Assembly (NCBI GenBank): GCA_964409615.1
Contig: CAYPDT010000001.1
Span: 243,880 to 307,879, forward strand
Origin: an uncultured Candidatus Saccharibacteria bacterium
GTDB taxonomy: Bacteria > Patescibacteriota > Saccharimonadia > Saccharimonadales > AWTP1-31
Direction: 5' to 3'
DNA length: 64,000 nt
Part shown: positions 37,672 through 46,866 of the stretch, one piece after another
Numbering within the stretch: the first letter of the stretch is position 1
How the letters are laid out: each line of letters starts with the position of its first letter
Notes under the pieces: generated by a model
What the model was told of the DNA's origin: nothing
The model's input: only the letters and a program-made list of their open reading frames with translations
The model's database searches: none
Made by a program: the position numbers and the translations under genes

Positions 37672-37705
37672 ATGCAAACGTTTTAGTACCAAGAAAAGAA
37701 TTATC

Positions 37706-38710
37706 ATGAAAGAAACTATTTTACCCAACCAAACCAGTTCAATCGGTGCCGCTTGGCCTCCTGTAGAGGCGAGTTTTGAGCGCCAACGTGGTTTCTATAT
37801 GGAAGGAGTTGTTGGGCCAGACCATGCATCGGTAGCTAATTTTACCGAGCAGTATCGTGACCAACGCTCATTTTTTGGGCGCGTCCATTCCGAAACGGGA
37901 TTACGAGCCACACGTCTCAGTGTTCGTGCTGTTGTTGCGTCAACCGCCGTTCGGCAGATTGCACAGCTAATGCCAGTAGAGGCAGCTATCCCGCTGGGAG
38001 GCGAACATCAGGGTCACCATATTGTGTATGTCGGCGCCAATACAACTGGCAGAGATGTTCATAGTAACATTATCGACAAACACCGTCAGCGATTAGCTGA
38101 GGTTATCGATGGCAACCTGCCCTCTCCAATCACTCAAGCTGACTTAACGAGCAGGAATATTGAAGTTTCAACCGTTCGTCCAGAGCAGTCAGCCGAATAT
38201 CTAGACCAGTTCTGCGAGCTGTACCGTTCGTTCGGCTATGACCGTAAAGACACCGAAGAATTACTCGAGAATCCAGACAATACTATCGTCTTCGCTCGAG
38301 ATGTTACTACCGGTGATGTTGTTAGCTCAGCCATGGCCGAACATGCTTCTATAGAAATTGCAGGTATGGGTGAGTTATCTATAGTCGAAATAACCGAAGC
38401 GATTACTCTGCCCGACCAACGCGGTCGTGGCCTCTACCGCGTAGTTTCTGGCTTACTGACAGATGAGTTAGTTGATCAATCTAAAAACGGTGAATCACCA
38501 ATCCACGCCATTTACGGCGAGTCGAACCTGGCAGCCGTGGGCGTATTACGAGCGGCGTATCAAAACGGTCGTCGTTTTAGTGCCTTCGATGGCCAGGAGC
38601 TGGGTATCGACAGCCCACGCTTTGGAATTTTGCCACAAAACTTTTCGGTACAAGACGGCATCGAACAACGGCCGTACAATGATTTTGCTGTAAGCTACGT
38701 TCCGCTATAG
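37706..38710 (+). CDS. Hypothetical protein with C-terminal GNAT-like acetyltransferase motif
   Basis: The segment ITLPDQRGRGLYRVV resembles GNAT motif A (Q/R-x-x-G-x-G/A). The N-terminal half is unassigned. Confidence 0.4.
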   Translation: MKETILPNQTSSIGAAWPPVEASFERQRGFYMEGVVGPDHASVANFTEQYRDQRSFFGRVHSETGLRATRLSVRAVVASTAVRQIAQLMPVEAAIPLGGEHQGHHIVYVGANTTGRDVHSNIIDKHRQRLAEVIDGNLPSPITQADLTSRNIEVSTVRPEQSAEYLDQFCELYRSFGYDRKDTEELLENPDNTIVFARDVTTGDVVSSAMAEHASIEIAGMGELSIVEITEAITLPDQRGRGLYRVVSGLLTDELVDQSKNGESPIHAIYGESNLAAVGVLRAAYQNGRRFSAFDGQELGIDSPRFGILPQNFSVQDGIEQRPYNDFAVSYVPL

Positions 38711-38722
38711 TAAAGGGGCCTC

Positions 38723-39403
38723 ATGAAATATCACGAACCACTCCAGGAAATGTTTACCCAATCAAAACTAATGATTTTAGACTTTGCCCTCATTCCACAG
38801 GGCCTGCCCACGACTGAGAATATTCAGCTCTTCTTTGAGACGCAAAGTAAGGCAGGCGTTAACCCACGGCTTCCAGAACATAGGCAAGTATTTAACAATC
38901 GGATGCTTACAGAAACCGGCGCACGATATTTAGTCAGTCAATATGGTGAAGATAGAAGCGCAATGCTGGCTGGCTCGTCTATTGCCGACGAAGGCCGCAC
39001 GCTACATATGGGCATCGACATCTTTTCTCGCGAACTTGAAACCGTATACGCACCCTGTGATGGCACTATTGTTCGAGCCAGTTACGAAGATCAAGACCAC
39101 GGGTATGGTCACTACCTCGTATTAAAACCGGATGATGCTGAGTTGTACTTTTTTATGGGACATTTGAGTAAAAAGCTACCTCAACTCGGTGCGGTCAAGG
39201 CTGGCGAAGCAATCGCTACACTTGGTGATTTTCACGACCAAGAAAACGGTGGATGGACGCGCCATCTACACTTACAAATTTGCACCGAGCTGCCGCCTGA
39301 GGGTCAAACACCAATTGGTTACTCCACCAAGCAAGCATTTGCCGTAAACAGCCTGAAGTTCCCTAACCCTTTCAATTATTTTCCAGATTGGCGTCTTAAA
39401 TAA
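38723..39403 (+). CDS. M23 (LytM)-family metallopeptidase-like protein, no signal peptide
   Basis: HxxxD (LHMGIDI), the APCDGTIV turn, GYGHYLVL, and HxH (HLHLQI). Confidence 0.65.
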   Translation: MKYHEPLQEMFTQSKLMILDFALIPQGLPTTENIQLFFETQSKAGVNPRLPEHRQVFNNRMLTETGARYLVSQYGEDRSAMLAGSSIADEGRTLHMGIDIFSRELETVYAPCDGTIVRASYEDQDHGYGHYLVLKPDDAELYFFMGHLSKKLPQLGAVKAGEAIATLGDFHDQENGGWTRHLHLQICTELPPEGQTPIGYSTKQAFAVNSLKFPNPFNYFPDWRLK

Positions 39404-39429
39404 ACCCGAACTTAATTCTTGAAATCAGT

Positions 39430-39579
39430 ATGCACACTACAAAACAGTAGCCAGGATTGACTCTTCGACAGCGCAGCCGGGTTGGTATGACAAGGAAATG
39501 CGATAGTGTTATTGCAGTTCAGTTGTCATACCATCCGCGCGTGAGCGGTCTGGCCTGGCTACTGTTTTGGAGTGTGCAT
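39430..39579. repeat. 150-nt extended imperfect inverted repeat (long hairpin; ncRNA or MITE candidate)
   Basis: Outer arms 39430-39455 / 39554-39579 form 26 bp with 1 mismatch. An internal loop of about 15 x 11 nt and an irregular GC-rich segment follow. The inner stem 39484-39493 / 39523-39532 is a perfect 10 bp, and a small apical hairpin GCGATA-GTGT-TATTGC closes it. Confidence 0.6.
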
Positions 39580-39763
39580 CTACGGGCTTCAGCAAATATT
39601 CATATTGAGTAAGTACTATGGGGTTGTTGCCTGAGCAATCAGCAACAGCTAACCAAAACCGGTTGTCACATCACCAAAAGAGTGCAGAGGCACTCGATGT
39701 GCGGAGGCGGTCAGCACGATACGTAACAAGGAGGCGATTATTAAGCAACAGATTAAACGAGGA

Positions 39764-40279
39764 TTGTTAGTGAGTGGTGCCGTACTGAGCATTGGCGCCG
39801 CGAGCGTTGGCACTATGGGCTTGGCACATGCCGCGACAAGCTCAAACACCAGCACCAATCCGCAACAAGGTCTTATCGACAAACTCGTCAGCAAATTCAA
39901 TCTCAACAAAGATGATGTGCAGAAGGTGTTTGATCAAGATCGTAGCGACCGCGAAGCAAATCGTCAGCAAGAGATTCAAGATAAAATTACCGCACTCGTA
40001 AAGGACGGTAAGCTAACCCAAGATCAAGCTGACAAACTTATTGCCAAAGGCAAGGAGCTACAAACGCAGCGCGAAGCAAATCGTGACGCCATGATGAATA
40101 AAACTGATGCAGAACGCAAAACAGCAATGGATGCCGGGCGCGACAGTTTTAAAAAATGGCTGAGCGATAATGGTATCGCCGAAGAGTATGGTCGACTCAT
40201 TATGGGTCATGGCCATGGTGGACGAGGCCCCGGTGGCCCACCGCCAAGTGAGTCATCGAACTCATCAACTTCTAACTAA
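39764..40279 (+). CDS. Secreted helical Lys/Asp/Gln-rich protein with Gly/His/Pro tail (hypothetical)
   Basis: Signal peptide ..SIGAASVGTMGLAHA/ATSS. The ORF-track TTG start at 39764 lacks an SD. An in-frame ATT at 39740 lies 5 nt after AAGGAGG (see findings). Confidence 0.55.
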   Translation: MLVSGAVLSIGAASVGTMGLAHAATSSNTSTNPQQGLIDKLVSKFNLNKDDVQKVFDQDRSDREANRQQEIQDKITALVKDGKLTQDQADKLIAKGKELQTQREANRDAMMNKTDAERKTAMDAGRDSFKKWLSDNGIAEEYGRLIMGHGHGGRGPGGPPPSESSNSSTSN

Positions 40280-40298
40280 CGGAGGTCAGGCACAATAA

Positions 40299-40325
40299 CA
40301 AAGCACCGTACCACGCGGTGCTTTG
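40299..40325 (+). terminator. Intrinsic terminator
   Basis: CAAAGCACCG-TACCACG-CGGTGCTTTG, a perfect 10-bp stem, followed by TTGTGTT. Confidence 0.6.
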
Positions 40326-40399
40326 TTGTGTTCTTGGCATAAGGCTACTCTTCAAGCAGTGTTATCTCTGTTATAATATGAGCTGAAAGAGAGGTTCCC

Positions 40400-42265
40400 T
40401 TGAAAAAGCTATTGAAGAATATTGCTGGATTTTTTACTGAGTATAAACAATTTGGATTTACGCTGCTCAGCGTGGTAATCGCATTAGTGCTACAACTAGT
40501 TGGTGCAAAAACTGCGGCACATATCGTACTTGCCGTGAGCGCTGGCATCAACCTTATCCCGCTACTGTGGGGTATGATTCAAGACCTACGAGTTGGCACC
40601 TATGGCGTTGACATCCTTGCTGCTACGGCTATCGCCAGCTCGCTACTCTTCCGGGAATACTGGACGGCTATTATCATCGTCTTCATGTTAACTGGCGGCG
40701 AAGCCTTAGAAGATTACGCCGAAAAACGCGCACAATCAGAGCTGACAGCGTTATTATCGCGAGCGCCTCAAAAAGCTCACGTGCTGCGTGGCCGTAAAGA
40801 AATTGATATTCCAGCTAGTCAGGTACAAGTTGGCGATAAAGTGGTCGTTAAGCCTGGTGAAGTGGTGCCGGTTGATGGGACAATTCTTGAAGGTACCTCC
40901 GACTTTGACGAGTCAAGCCTAACCGGTGAGAGTCTACCAGTCACAAAAGTTGTTAGCCAAGAAATCCTCAGCGGTTCATTAGCTGTTGATGGTTCTGTAG
41001 TGATTAAAGCCAGTAACAACGCAAGGGACAGTCAATATAGCCAAATTATTAAACTCGTTAAGTCAGCGCAGGCTAGTCGTGCGCCATTTGTGAGACTGGC
41101 CGATGTCTACGCTGTACCGTTCACGTTGCTATCATTCACCATTGCCCTAGGGGCTTGGGCACTCAGCGGAGACAGTTTACGCTTCTTGCAAGTTTTGGTT
41201 GTAGCAACTCCCTGCCCGCTTATCCTTGGAGCTCCGATTGCCTTAGTTTCTGGCATGAGCCGGGCTGCAAAACACGGTATTATTATCAAAAATGGCGGCG
41301 CTCTTGAACAACTAGCAAAGATTAAAACCCTCGGCTTCGACAAAACTGGAACACTAACCGAAGGATTACCAAAAGTTAAAAAAGTTGAAACCTTTGGTAA
41401 CTACAAGCAATCAGATGTATTGAGCTACGCTTCGGCTTTAGAACAAAAGTCTAATCATGTACTTGCACAAACAATCGTCGACTATGCTGCAAGCAAGAAG
41501 ATTAAGCCCGTTAAAGCTAAGAACATCCAAGAAATTCCTGGTATGGGACTTCGTTCGGTAGTTAGTGGCAAAACAGTATTAGTTGGTAAGTTCAATCTTA
41601 TGAAAGAAGAAAAAGTTACCCTAGCCAAGAATATTACTGCCCAAAGTATTAAAGATACCGCAGCATACGTGGCTATTGATGGCTCTTTGGCAGGCATCAT
41701 TACATTTGAAGATGCGTTGCGCCCCGAAGCTAAAAAGACCCTGGCACGCATTCAAGCTCTTGGTATCAAGCAGTTGCTCATGGTGACTGGCGATAATAAA
41801 ACCACTGCTCAAGCTATTGCTAAGAAACTTGGTATTACTAAAGTCGTCGCCGAAGCCATGCCGGGCGATAAGCTGATTGCTATCGAAAATGCCGAGAAAC
41901 AACCCGTCGGCTTTGTGGGAGATGGTGTCAACGACGCCCCTGTGCTTACGGTAGCAAGTGTGGGTATTGCCCTTGGTGCCCGAGGTTCTACTGCCGCCAG
42001 CGAGTCTGCTGATGTAGTTATATTGCAAGATGACTTAGAACATGTTGCTACCAGTGTAGATATTGCCAAGAAGACTATTCGCGTAGCTAAACAAGCAATT
42101 TTGACAGGTATCTTTTTAAGCGTAGTTTTGATGTTCATCTTTGCAAGCGGTAAATTTGCTCCAATCTATGGTGCAGCCATTCAAGAATTAGTCGATGTAG
42201 TGGTCATCATCTACGCACTGCGCGCCCACCAAGACAAAGCCTACAAAACGTTCCGCGCTCGGTAA
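40400..42265 (+). CDS. Heavy-metal-translocating P1B-type ATPase without N-terminal metal-binding domain
   Basis: TGES (SLTGESLP), DKTGTLT, MVTGDN, GDGVNDAP, and membrane motif ATPCPL. There is no HMA (CxxC) domain. TTG start. Confidence 0.85.
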   Translation: MKKLLKNIAGFFTEYKQFGFTLLSVVIALVLQLVGAKTAAHIVLAVSAGINLIPLLWGMIQDLRVGTYGVDILAATAIASSLLFREYWTAIIIVFMLTGGEALEDYAEKRAQSELTALLSRAPQKAHVLRGRKEIDIPASQVQVGDKVVVKPGEVVPVDGTILEGTSDFDESSLTGESLPVTKVVSQEILSGSLAVDGSVVIKASNNARDSQYSQIIKLVKSAQASRAPFVRLADVYAVPFTLLSFTIALGAWALSGDSLRFLQVLVVATPCPLILGAPIALVSGMSRAAKHGIIIKNGGALEQLAKIKTLGFDKTGTLTEGLPKVKKVETFGNYKQSDVLSYASALEQKSNHVLAQTIVDYAASKKIKPVKAKNIQEIPGMGLRSVVSGKTVLVGKFNLMKEEKVTLAKNITAQSIKDTAAYVAIDGSLAGIITFEDALRPEAKKTLARIQALGIKQLLMVTGDNKTTAQAIAKKLGITKVVAEAMPGDKLIAIENAEKQPVGFVGDGVNDAPVLTVASVGIALGARGSTAASESADVVILQDDLEHVATSVDIAKKTIRVAKQAILTGIFLSVVLMFIFASGKFAPIYGAAIQELVDVVVIIYALRAHQDKAYKTFRAR

Positions 42266-42338
42266 CTCAGCTTTAACCTACCGTTAATTTGACATTGTCC
42301 GTTTCGTTATCTTAGATAGTTTGCTGGGCAATTTAGTT

Positions 42339-42977
42339 CTATACAAGCATGTTGAGGGTAATTGTCAGGAGTAGCGGCACAGTGATGTTATCACTACCAT
42401 ATACGCCCAGGTTCTCTGCGAGAGTTGCAGCAATAGGCAGCACTAAGGCGACTGGTCCAAGCGCAATATGTAATGGCCCCGGCACAATGATTGCCAATAT
42501 TATAAGGGAGCTCACCGCGAAGGCAAAGCTACCGGCCAGACTTTTGCGCTGCCCCAGAATACGATATTGACCGCCCTTGCCATATTTGGCACCAATCAAA
42601 CCGGCCAGACCATCGCCAATGCTCATGTGTAATATAGCTACAGCAAAAATCCAAGGACTTTGACTGAGAAACGCGGTAAGCCCGATGCCCAGGGCATAAA
42701 ATAAATCGCCCCATGTCTTGCGTTTTACATCCAGGATTGCGTGGAATATTTTAAATCGGTGTGAAACGGCTACCCCCACGAATAATAAGGCGCTCAGGAA
42801 TTCAATATGTCGCGCCGTTAAAAAGAAGGCCCAGCTGGCCACATAGCTGCCAATAATTATATGGAGCAGCTTCCGGGCTGGCTCTCCTCTGAGTACTTTG
42901 CTGCGCCACAGAACCTCTGAAAGTACGAGCAAGAAAAATAAAGGACCAATCGCGACCAGCGTGGAAATCATAATCAC
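42339..42977 (-). CDS. Polytopic membrane protein, CdsA/polyprenol (dolichol/phytol) kinase family-like
   Basis: About 6 TM helices. The motif SIGDGLAGLIGAKYGK is typical of the CTP-dependent cytidylyltransferase/kinase family. Confidence 0.45.
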   Translation of the reverse strand: MIMISTLVAIGPLFFLLVLSEVLWRSKVLRGEPARKLLHIIIGSYVASWAFFLTARHIEFLSALLFVGVAVSHRFKIFHAILDVKRKTWGDLFYALGIGLTAFLSQSPWIFAVAILHMSIGDGLAGLIGAKYGKGGQYRILGQRKSLAGSFAFAVSSLIILAIIVPGPLHIALGPVALVLPIAATLAENLGVYGSDNITVPLLLTITLNMLV

Positions 42978-43035
42978 TATTGTACTCCTCTGCTTACATC
43001 ACCACTAGCGTAGTGCGAACATCTTCGAGGAAAAT

Positions 43036-43887
43036 CTAGAGTGTTTGTAAATAGCCAGCCAGGGCTTGGGGATTCTTAAGCCTTGTTACCGACTCATGTT
43101 CGTACAGATACCCCATAATCGTGTCAGTCTCGGCATCGTCACCGACTAATATGCGATGGGCTGCTGGCATATTGAGCATATCGACATCATTAGTCGAATT
43201 ACCTGCTACCAATAATCGTTCGTGACTACCGCCATGGTGTTTCAGAAAATAGTCGATAGATAGCGCTTTATTGGTGTTAGTCTTGGTAAAATCCATATTG
43301 CCATCTTGGAAGGTAACCTTTATTGGTGTGCGGGTGAAATTGAGTTTAAGGCCATGGACTTGAATATGTGGCATGAGCTTGATTGATAGGCTGCTCAGCG
43401 GCTGGGCATGCAATCGCTCTCTCAAGTTACCGAATGAGGTGCTGTACACATCCGAATAACTACCCCTTTCTGCCTCTAGGTCGCTAATATCCGATGCATC
43501 CTTGCACCAAACTTGTACCTTGCGTTCTTGAGTTGGCGGGTTGAACCACACGAAGCGCACTATTTCGGCATTACTGCGAATAAAGTCATGTACATGATTA
43601 ATCTCGTCTTCACTGAAGTAGGCACCGTACAATACTGTACCATCGAGTTGATTAACCTTTGTCCCGTGTTCTAGCAGCAGTAAGGCATCGGGGCTGACGA
43701 TAGTTTCAAACAAATCACCAAGGGCAGCTTTGGCACGCGGATATCCACGCCCTGTACAAATAGTGGTAATCCAGCCAGTTTTCTGAAGATGCGTGAAAGC
43801 TTGTACCATCTCTGGCAAGACTTTTCCATTCAGGGCAATGGTACCATCAATATCGAAAACTGCTATCTTGGGTTTTGTGTTTGGCAT
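43036..43887 (-). CDS. HAD-superfamily hydrolase (Cof-like, IIB)
   Basis: Motif I IAVFDIDGTI and motif IV GNSTNDVDML, with a large cap insertion. Confidence 0.7.
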   Translation of the reverse strand: MPNTKPKIAVFDIDGTIALNGKVLPEMVQAFTHLQKTGWITTICTGRGYPRAKAALGDLFETIVSPDALLLLEHGTKVNQLDGTVLYGAYFSEDEINHVHDFIRSNAEIVRFVWFNPPTQERKVQVWCKDASDISDLEAERGSYSDVYSTSFGNLRERLHAQPLSSLSIKLMPHIQVHGLKLNFTRTPIKVTFQDGNMDFTKTNTNKALSIDYFLKHHGGSHERLLVAGNSTNDVDMLNMPAAHRILVGDDAETDTIMGYLYEHESVTRLKNPQALAGYLQTL

Positions 43888-43957
43888 AGTATTAAGTATA
43901 GCGTAGTTATGTCTGCTTGTAGGGCCCTAAACATAGTGGAGCTAACCGGTAGTTGGC

Positions 43958-44731
43958 GTGGGTAGAATTGTTATATTTGATATTTTGTTGTATAATATAC
44001 CTATGGCATTGTCTTATTTCTCGCCCGGCGCTGAGAACCGTGGAGCCCATAGTGAGCTCTGGAAACCATTGCGTTTTATTGGTGACTTTTTGGCCGATAA
44101 TAACAGCGATACGCCTCGTGCCGCCCTTGTTATTAGCAATTTTGCTAGACATATCCGCAGGTCACGCAATCAGCCAAGCCCCCTGAATGATGCAATCAGA
44201 TCAATTATCAACACTGCGCATGGTATTGACCCAACGATCTCTCGCTTTCGGGTTACTCGTCACTTACCAGGTTCTGAAGCCGAAATCTGGTCGCTACACA
44301 CCGATGTGACGCTTGGCACTCCCCGCAAACAATTAGATGGAAGTTGGAAAGTAGCCACCAACACACATGCCGGATTACTTCGATTCATGGCAATAGACGG
44401 CGAAGCACCGCTCGCTACTAAAGGAATGTTCATTGAGGATGGCCCCGTTCTGAAAGCACGCTTCATCCACCTGCCCGACACACTAGTTACCGTAGACGAC
44501 GCAACGCGTGCTGCGCACAAAGCCAAAGAAACACTCTACGAGGAGCATCCCGAAACAATTACTGGCCACGATGGTCAAATTATCCGTTGGCGCTTCGGCG
44601 AGACCGCCCTGCAAGAAACAGTACAGTATCAGACAGTGGAAGAAGGCGAATTAATGGAACTATCACCACGCACCATACACATTCCACCATTCAGCCAGGC
44701 CGATGGACGAGTGTTCTTGCACCTCTCGTAG
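43958..44731 (+). CDS. Hypothetical protein (start uncertain)
   Basis: Long non-repetitive ORF. The alternative start at 44003 (MALSYF..) is equally plausible. I recognised no motif. Confidence 0.4.
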   Translation: MGRIVIFDILLYNIPMALSYFSPGAENRGAHSELWKPLRFIGDFLADNNSDTPRAALVISNFARHIRRSRNQPSPLNDAIRSIINTAHGIDPTISRFRVTRHLPGSEAEIWSLHTDVTLGTPRKQLDGSWKVATNTHAGLLRFMAIDGEAPLATKGMFIEDGPVLKARFIHLPDTLVTVDDATRAAHKAKETLYEEHPETITGHDGQIIRWRFGETALQETVQYQTVEEGELMELSPRTIHIPPFSQADGRVFLHLS

Positions 44732-44804
44732 TACAAAGCATATAAACTCCAATAGGTCCGTTTTTAAGCCAAAGAAAAAGCCCAGATATACTGGACTCTT
44801 ACTT

Positions 44805-44880
44805 TGGTCGGGGTGAAAGGACTCAAACCTTCGACCTCTCGGTCCCAAACCGAGCGCGCTATCAACTGCGCCACACCCCG
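44805..44880 (-). tRNA. tRNA-Pro (anticodon TGG), CCA encoded
   Basis: Acceptor CGGGGTG/CACCCCG, D arm GCGC-AGTTGATA-GCGC, anticodon stem CTCGG/CCGAG with loop TTTGGGA, T arm GAAGG-TTTGAGT-CCTTT. Confidence 0.85.
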
Positions 44881-44922
44881 TCGAGTAGCTATTTTACCAG
44901 ATTAACAGCGGTACGCCTAGTG

Positions 44923-45336
44923 TTATTGCTTCCGCGAACGTAACGCATCAATGGAGCCAAGTATGTAATCAGCATTGCAGAGCTGTAGTCCGGTGATTTC
45001 CTCGTATGTAAACCACCCGGCATCAAGTAGTTCATCTTCAGGAAATTGCAACTGGCCACCAGTAATCTGCGCCTCGAAGGAATGCAGTACAGGGGTATCT
45101 ATGGATTCATGCATAACCAGCAGCTCATCGCCCAGTTCTACATCATAACCGACTTCCTCTTTTGCTTCGCGAATAGCTGCTTGCTGTATTGACTCACCTT
45201 TATCAACTTTACCTGCGGGTAAATTCCATTGCTTATATGCTTTGGGTTGTTTTTCTTGAACTAACAGAAACTTTCCATCTTTTTCTATAAGTACTCCAGC
45301 CACAAGGAATGTCATTGCTAGTTCTTGCTGGCTCAT
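44923..45336 (-). CDS. NUDIX hydrolase
   Basis: Nudix box GKVDKGESIQQAAIREAKEEVGYDV. Confidence 0.8.
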   Translation of the reverse strand: MSQQELAMTFLVAGVLIEKDGKFLLVQEKQPKAYKQWNLPAGKVDKGESIQQAAIREAKEEVGYDVELGDELLVMHESIDTPVLHSFEAQITGGQLQFPEDELLDAGWFTYEEITGLQLCNADYILGSIDALRSRKQ

Positions 45337-45972
45337 ACTTCAATCTCCAATTTCTGACCACTAATTGGTAATAAAACTTTTGTTGTGCTGTCTATAAAGA
45401 CTCGTTCCAAGCCCTGATAGATTGTTGCTCGCCATTCATCGTTCCACATCCAATCATGAATAGGAACCAGGTATTTTGGCTGTAGTTCTTGGCCAAGCTC
45501 GAAGGCTCGAATAGTGGTTCCCCACGGGGGCTTGAACAGGGAGCAGCAGAATGTCTTTAGTTTCCGTAAAGTCGTGTGTGTCGCCCGGGCTAGTAACGAG
45601 CCCAAAACAATGGACGACAAGGTTCTGACAAGCAACCCCGAAAGGCACAACTTTGGCATGTTCTACTGTCTGTACCTCGACGTCAACAGTACTTTGGTCG
45701 CTCACATTCAGGGCACCTAGCTGCCGCAACTGGTCGTGCGAATCTGCAGGTGCAATCCACAGAACATCCGGCTGAGCCTCAAGCAGAGCCTTCACGAATG
45801 GCTCTCCCAAATGATCAGGATGACGATGAGTAACAATCACCGCTTCAAGCTTTGGTAGTGCCGTAACATCTACCAGCCCCGACTGCCAACTGTAAATGCC
45901 CGGATCAAGCAACAATGCTTTGCTGTCGTGTTCAATCAGTATGCATGAATGTGCAAATTTAGTTATCTTCAT
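45333..45972 (-). pseudogene. MBL-fold metallo-hydrolase split by a 1-nt frameshift in a C5 run
   Basis: The N-terminal ORF (45454..45972) has HRHPDH. Its continuation ..PWGTTIRAFELGQELQPKYLVPIHDW.. lies in another frame (45333..45659). The frames meet at coding-strand GCCCCCGTGG (plus-strand G5 at 45526-45530). Removing one C restores ..LLLPVQAPWGTT.. Confidence 0.65.
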
Positions 45973-46571
45973 TACTTTTCCGTTGCGTTAAACCAGCCAG
46001 GAACTGGCGCTCCGAATGATATAGAAGGAATAGTTGAAACTAGACCGTTTCGCTCGATGTCGGGATACTGTATTTTATAAATCTCTGTTACACTTCCAAA
46101 AACAGCTTGATTCCAATCGAGACCTAATTGCTTAGCCACTCTCTGTACCGCCCCTTTAGTTGGTCCTTCTATCTCTATAAAGGGCTCCAGCCAAGGCCAT
46201 ATGTCCAGTACCACCTCGACGTCATGAGTATGCCAAGTTTCTCTTTTAGATTCTTGTCTGCTCTGGATTTGCATCCCCAACACTTCTAACATCGACACCA
46301 TCGAATCGAGTGACCCAACTGTTGTTTCGATTTCTCTGGCAGAGCCAAACGCATTATCACTATCTTGCTTGTATGTGACAGTGGTCTTATCCCCTTCGTC
46401 GCGCACACGTACGTAGGCATGAATTGCAGTTAGTCGACTGTCTGGAAAATCAAGTATCGCTCGTTTCATTAATCTCATCGGCTGATGGCAGATTCCTCCA
46501 ATCTTGATTAATCGTTCGCGTATTTGGTCGTGATTTTGGTCGACGAACTTTGCTTCAATTTCATCTTGCAC
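45972..46571 (-). CDS. CYTH-domain protein (triphosphate tunnel metalloenzyme / class IV adenylate cyclase-like)
   Basis: N-terminal ExExK signature: MQDEIEAKF. Size is about 200 aa. Confidence 0.65.
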   Translation of the reverse strand: MQDEIEAKFVDQNHDQIRERLIKIGGICHQPMRLMKRAILDFPDSRLTAIHAYVRVRDEGDKTTVTYKQDSDNAFGSAREIETTVGSLDSMVSMLEVLGMQIQSRQESKRETWHTHDVEVVLDIWPWLEPFIEIEGPTKGAVQRVAKQLGLDWNQAVFGSVTEIYKIQYPDIERNGLVSTIPSISFGAPVPGWFNATEK

Positions 46572-46633
46572 AATTATTCCTCGGCTTAAATATTTGGTTC
46601 TAACTTCTAGTTCTGTCTAGTCTAGTGTGCTTG

Positions 46634-46825
46634 CTAGTCCTTAAACGGACCGCTCTTAGTGACCTGGCTGCCGATGCCGGCGATGGCGCCAAGCAAGAAG
46701 ATAATAAAAGCTACAACTGCTTTGGCGAAAATAGCCAGCACAATCCCAACGACTATGAGTACTAAAGCCGTCATCAGAAGTTGTTGACTAAGTTTTGGTT
46801 TTGGAGGTATATCAAATTCTGCCAT
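46634..46825 (-). CDS. Small membrane protein (2 TM)
   Basis: 63-aa ORF with two hydrophobic helices. Confidence 0.4.
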   Translation of the reverse strand: MAEFDIPPKPKLSQQLLMTALVLIVVGIVLAIFAKAVVAFIIFLLGAIAGIGSQVTKSGPFKD

Positions 46826-46866
46826 ATAGTTCTATTCTACACCTCGCTTGAAAGTCGAGCTAACAT

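Noticed and set aside
37340-37728. ORFs 37340..37531 (-), 37434..37709 (+), 37543..37728 (-)
   Set aside because: They overlap tRNA-His, its terminator, and the promoter-leader-terminator region. They have no SD or coding-like composition.
44663-44848. ORF 44663..44848 (-)
   Set aside because: It overlaps tRNA-Pro (44805..44880) on the same strand, so it is an artefact.
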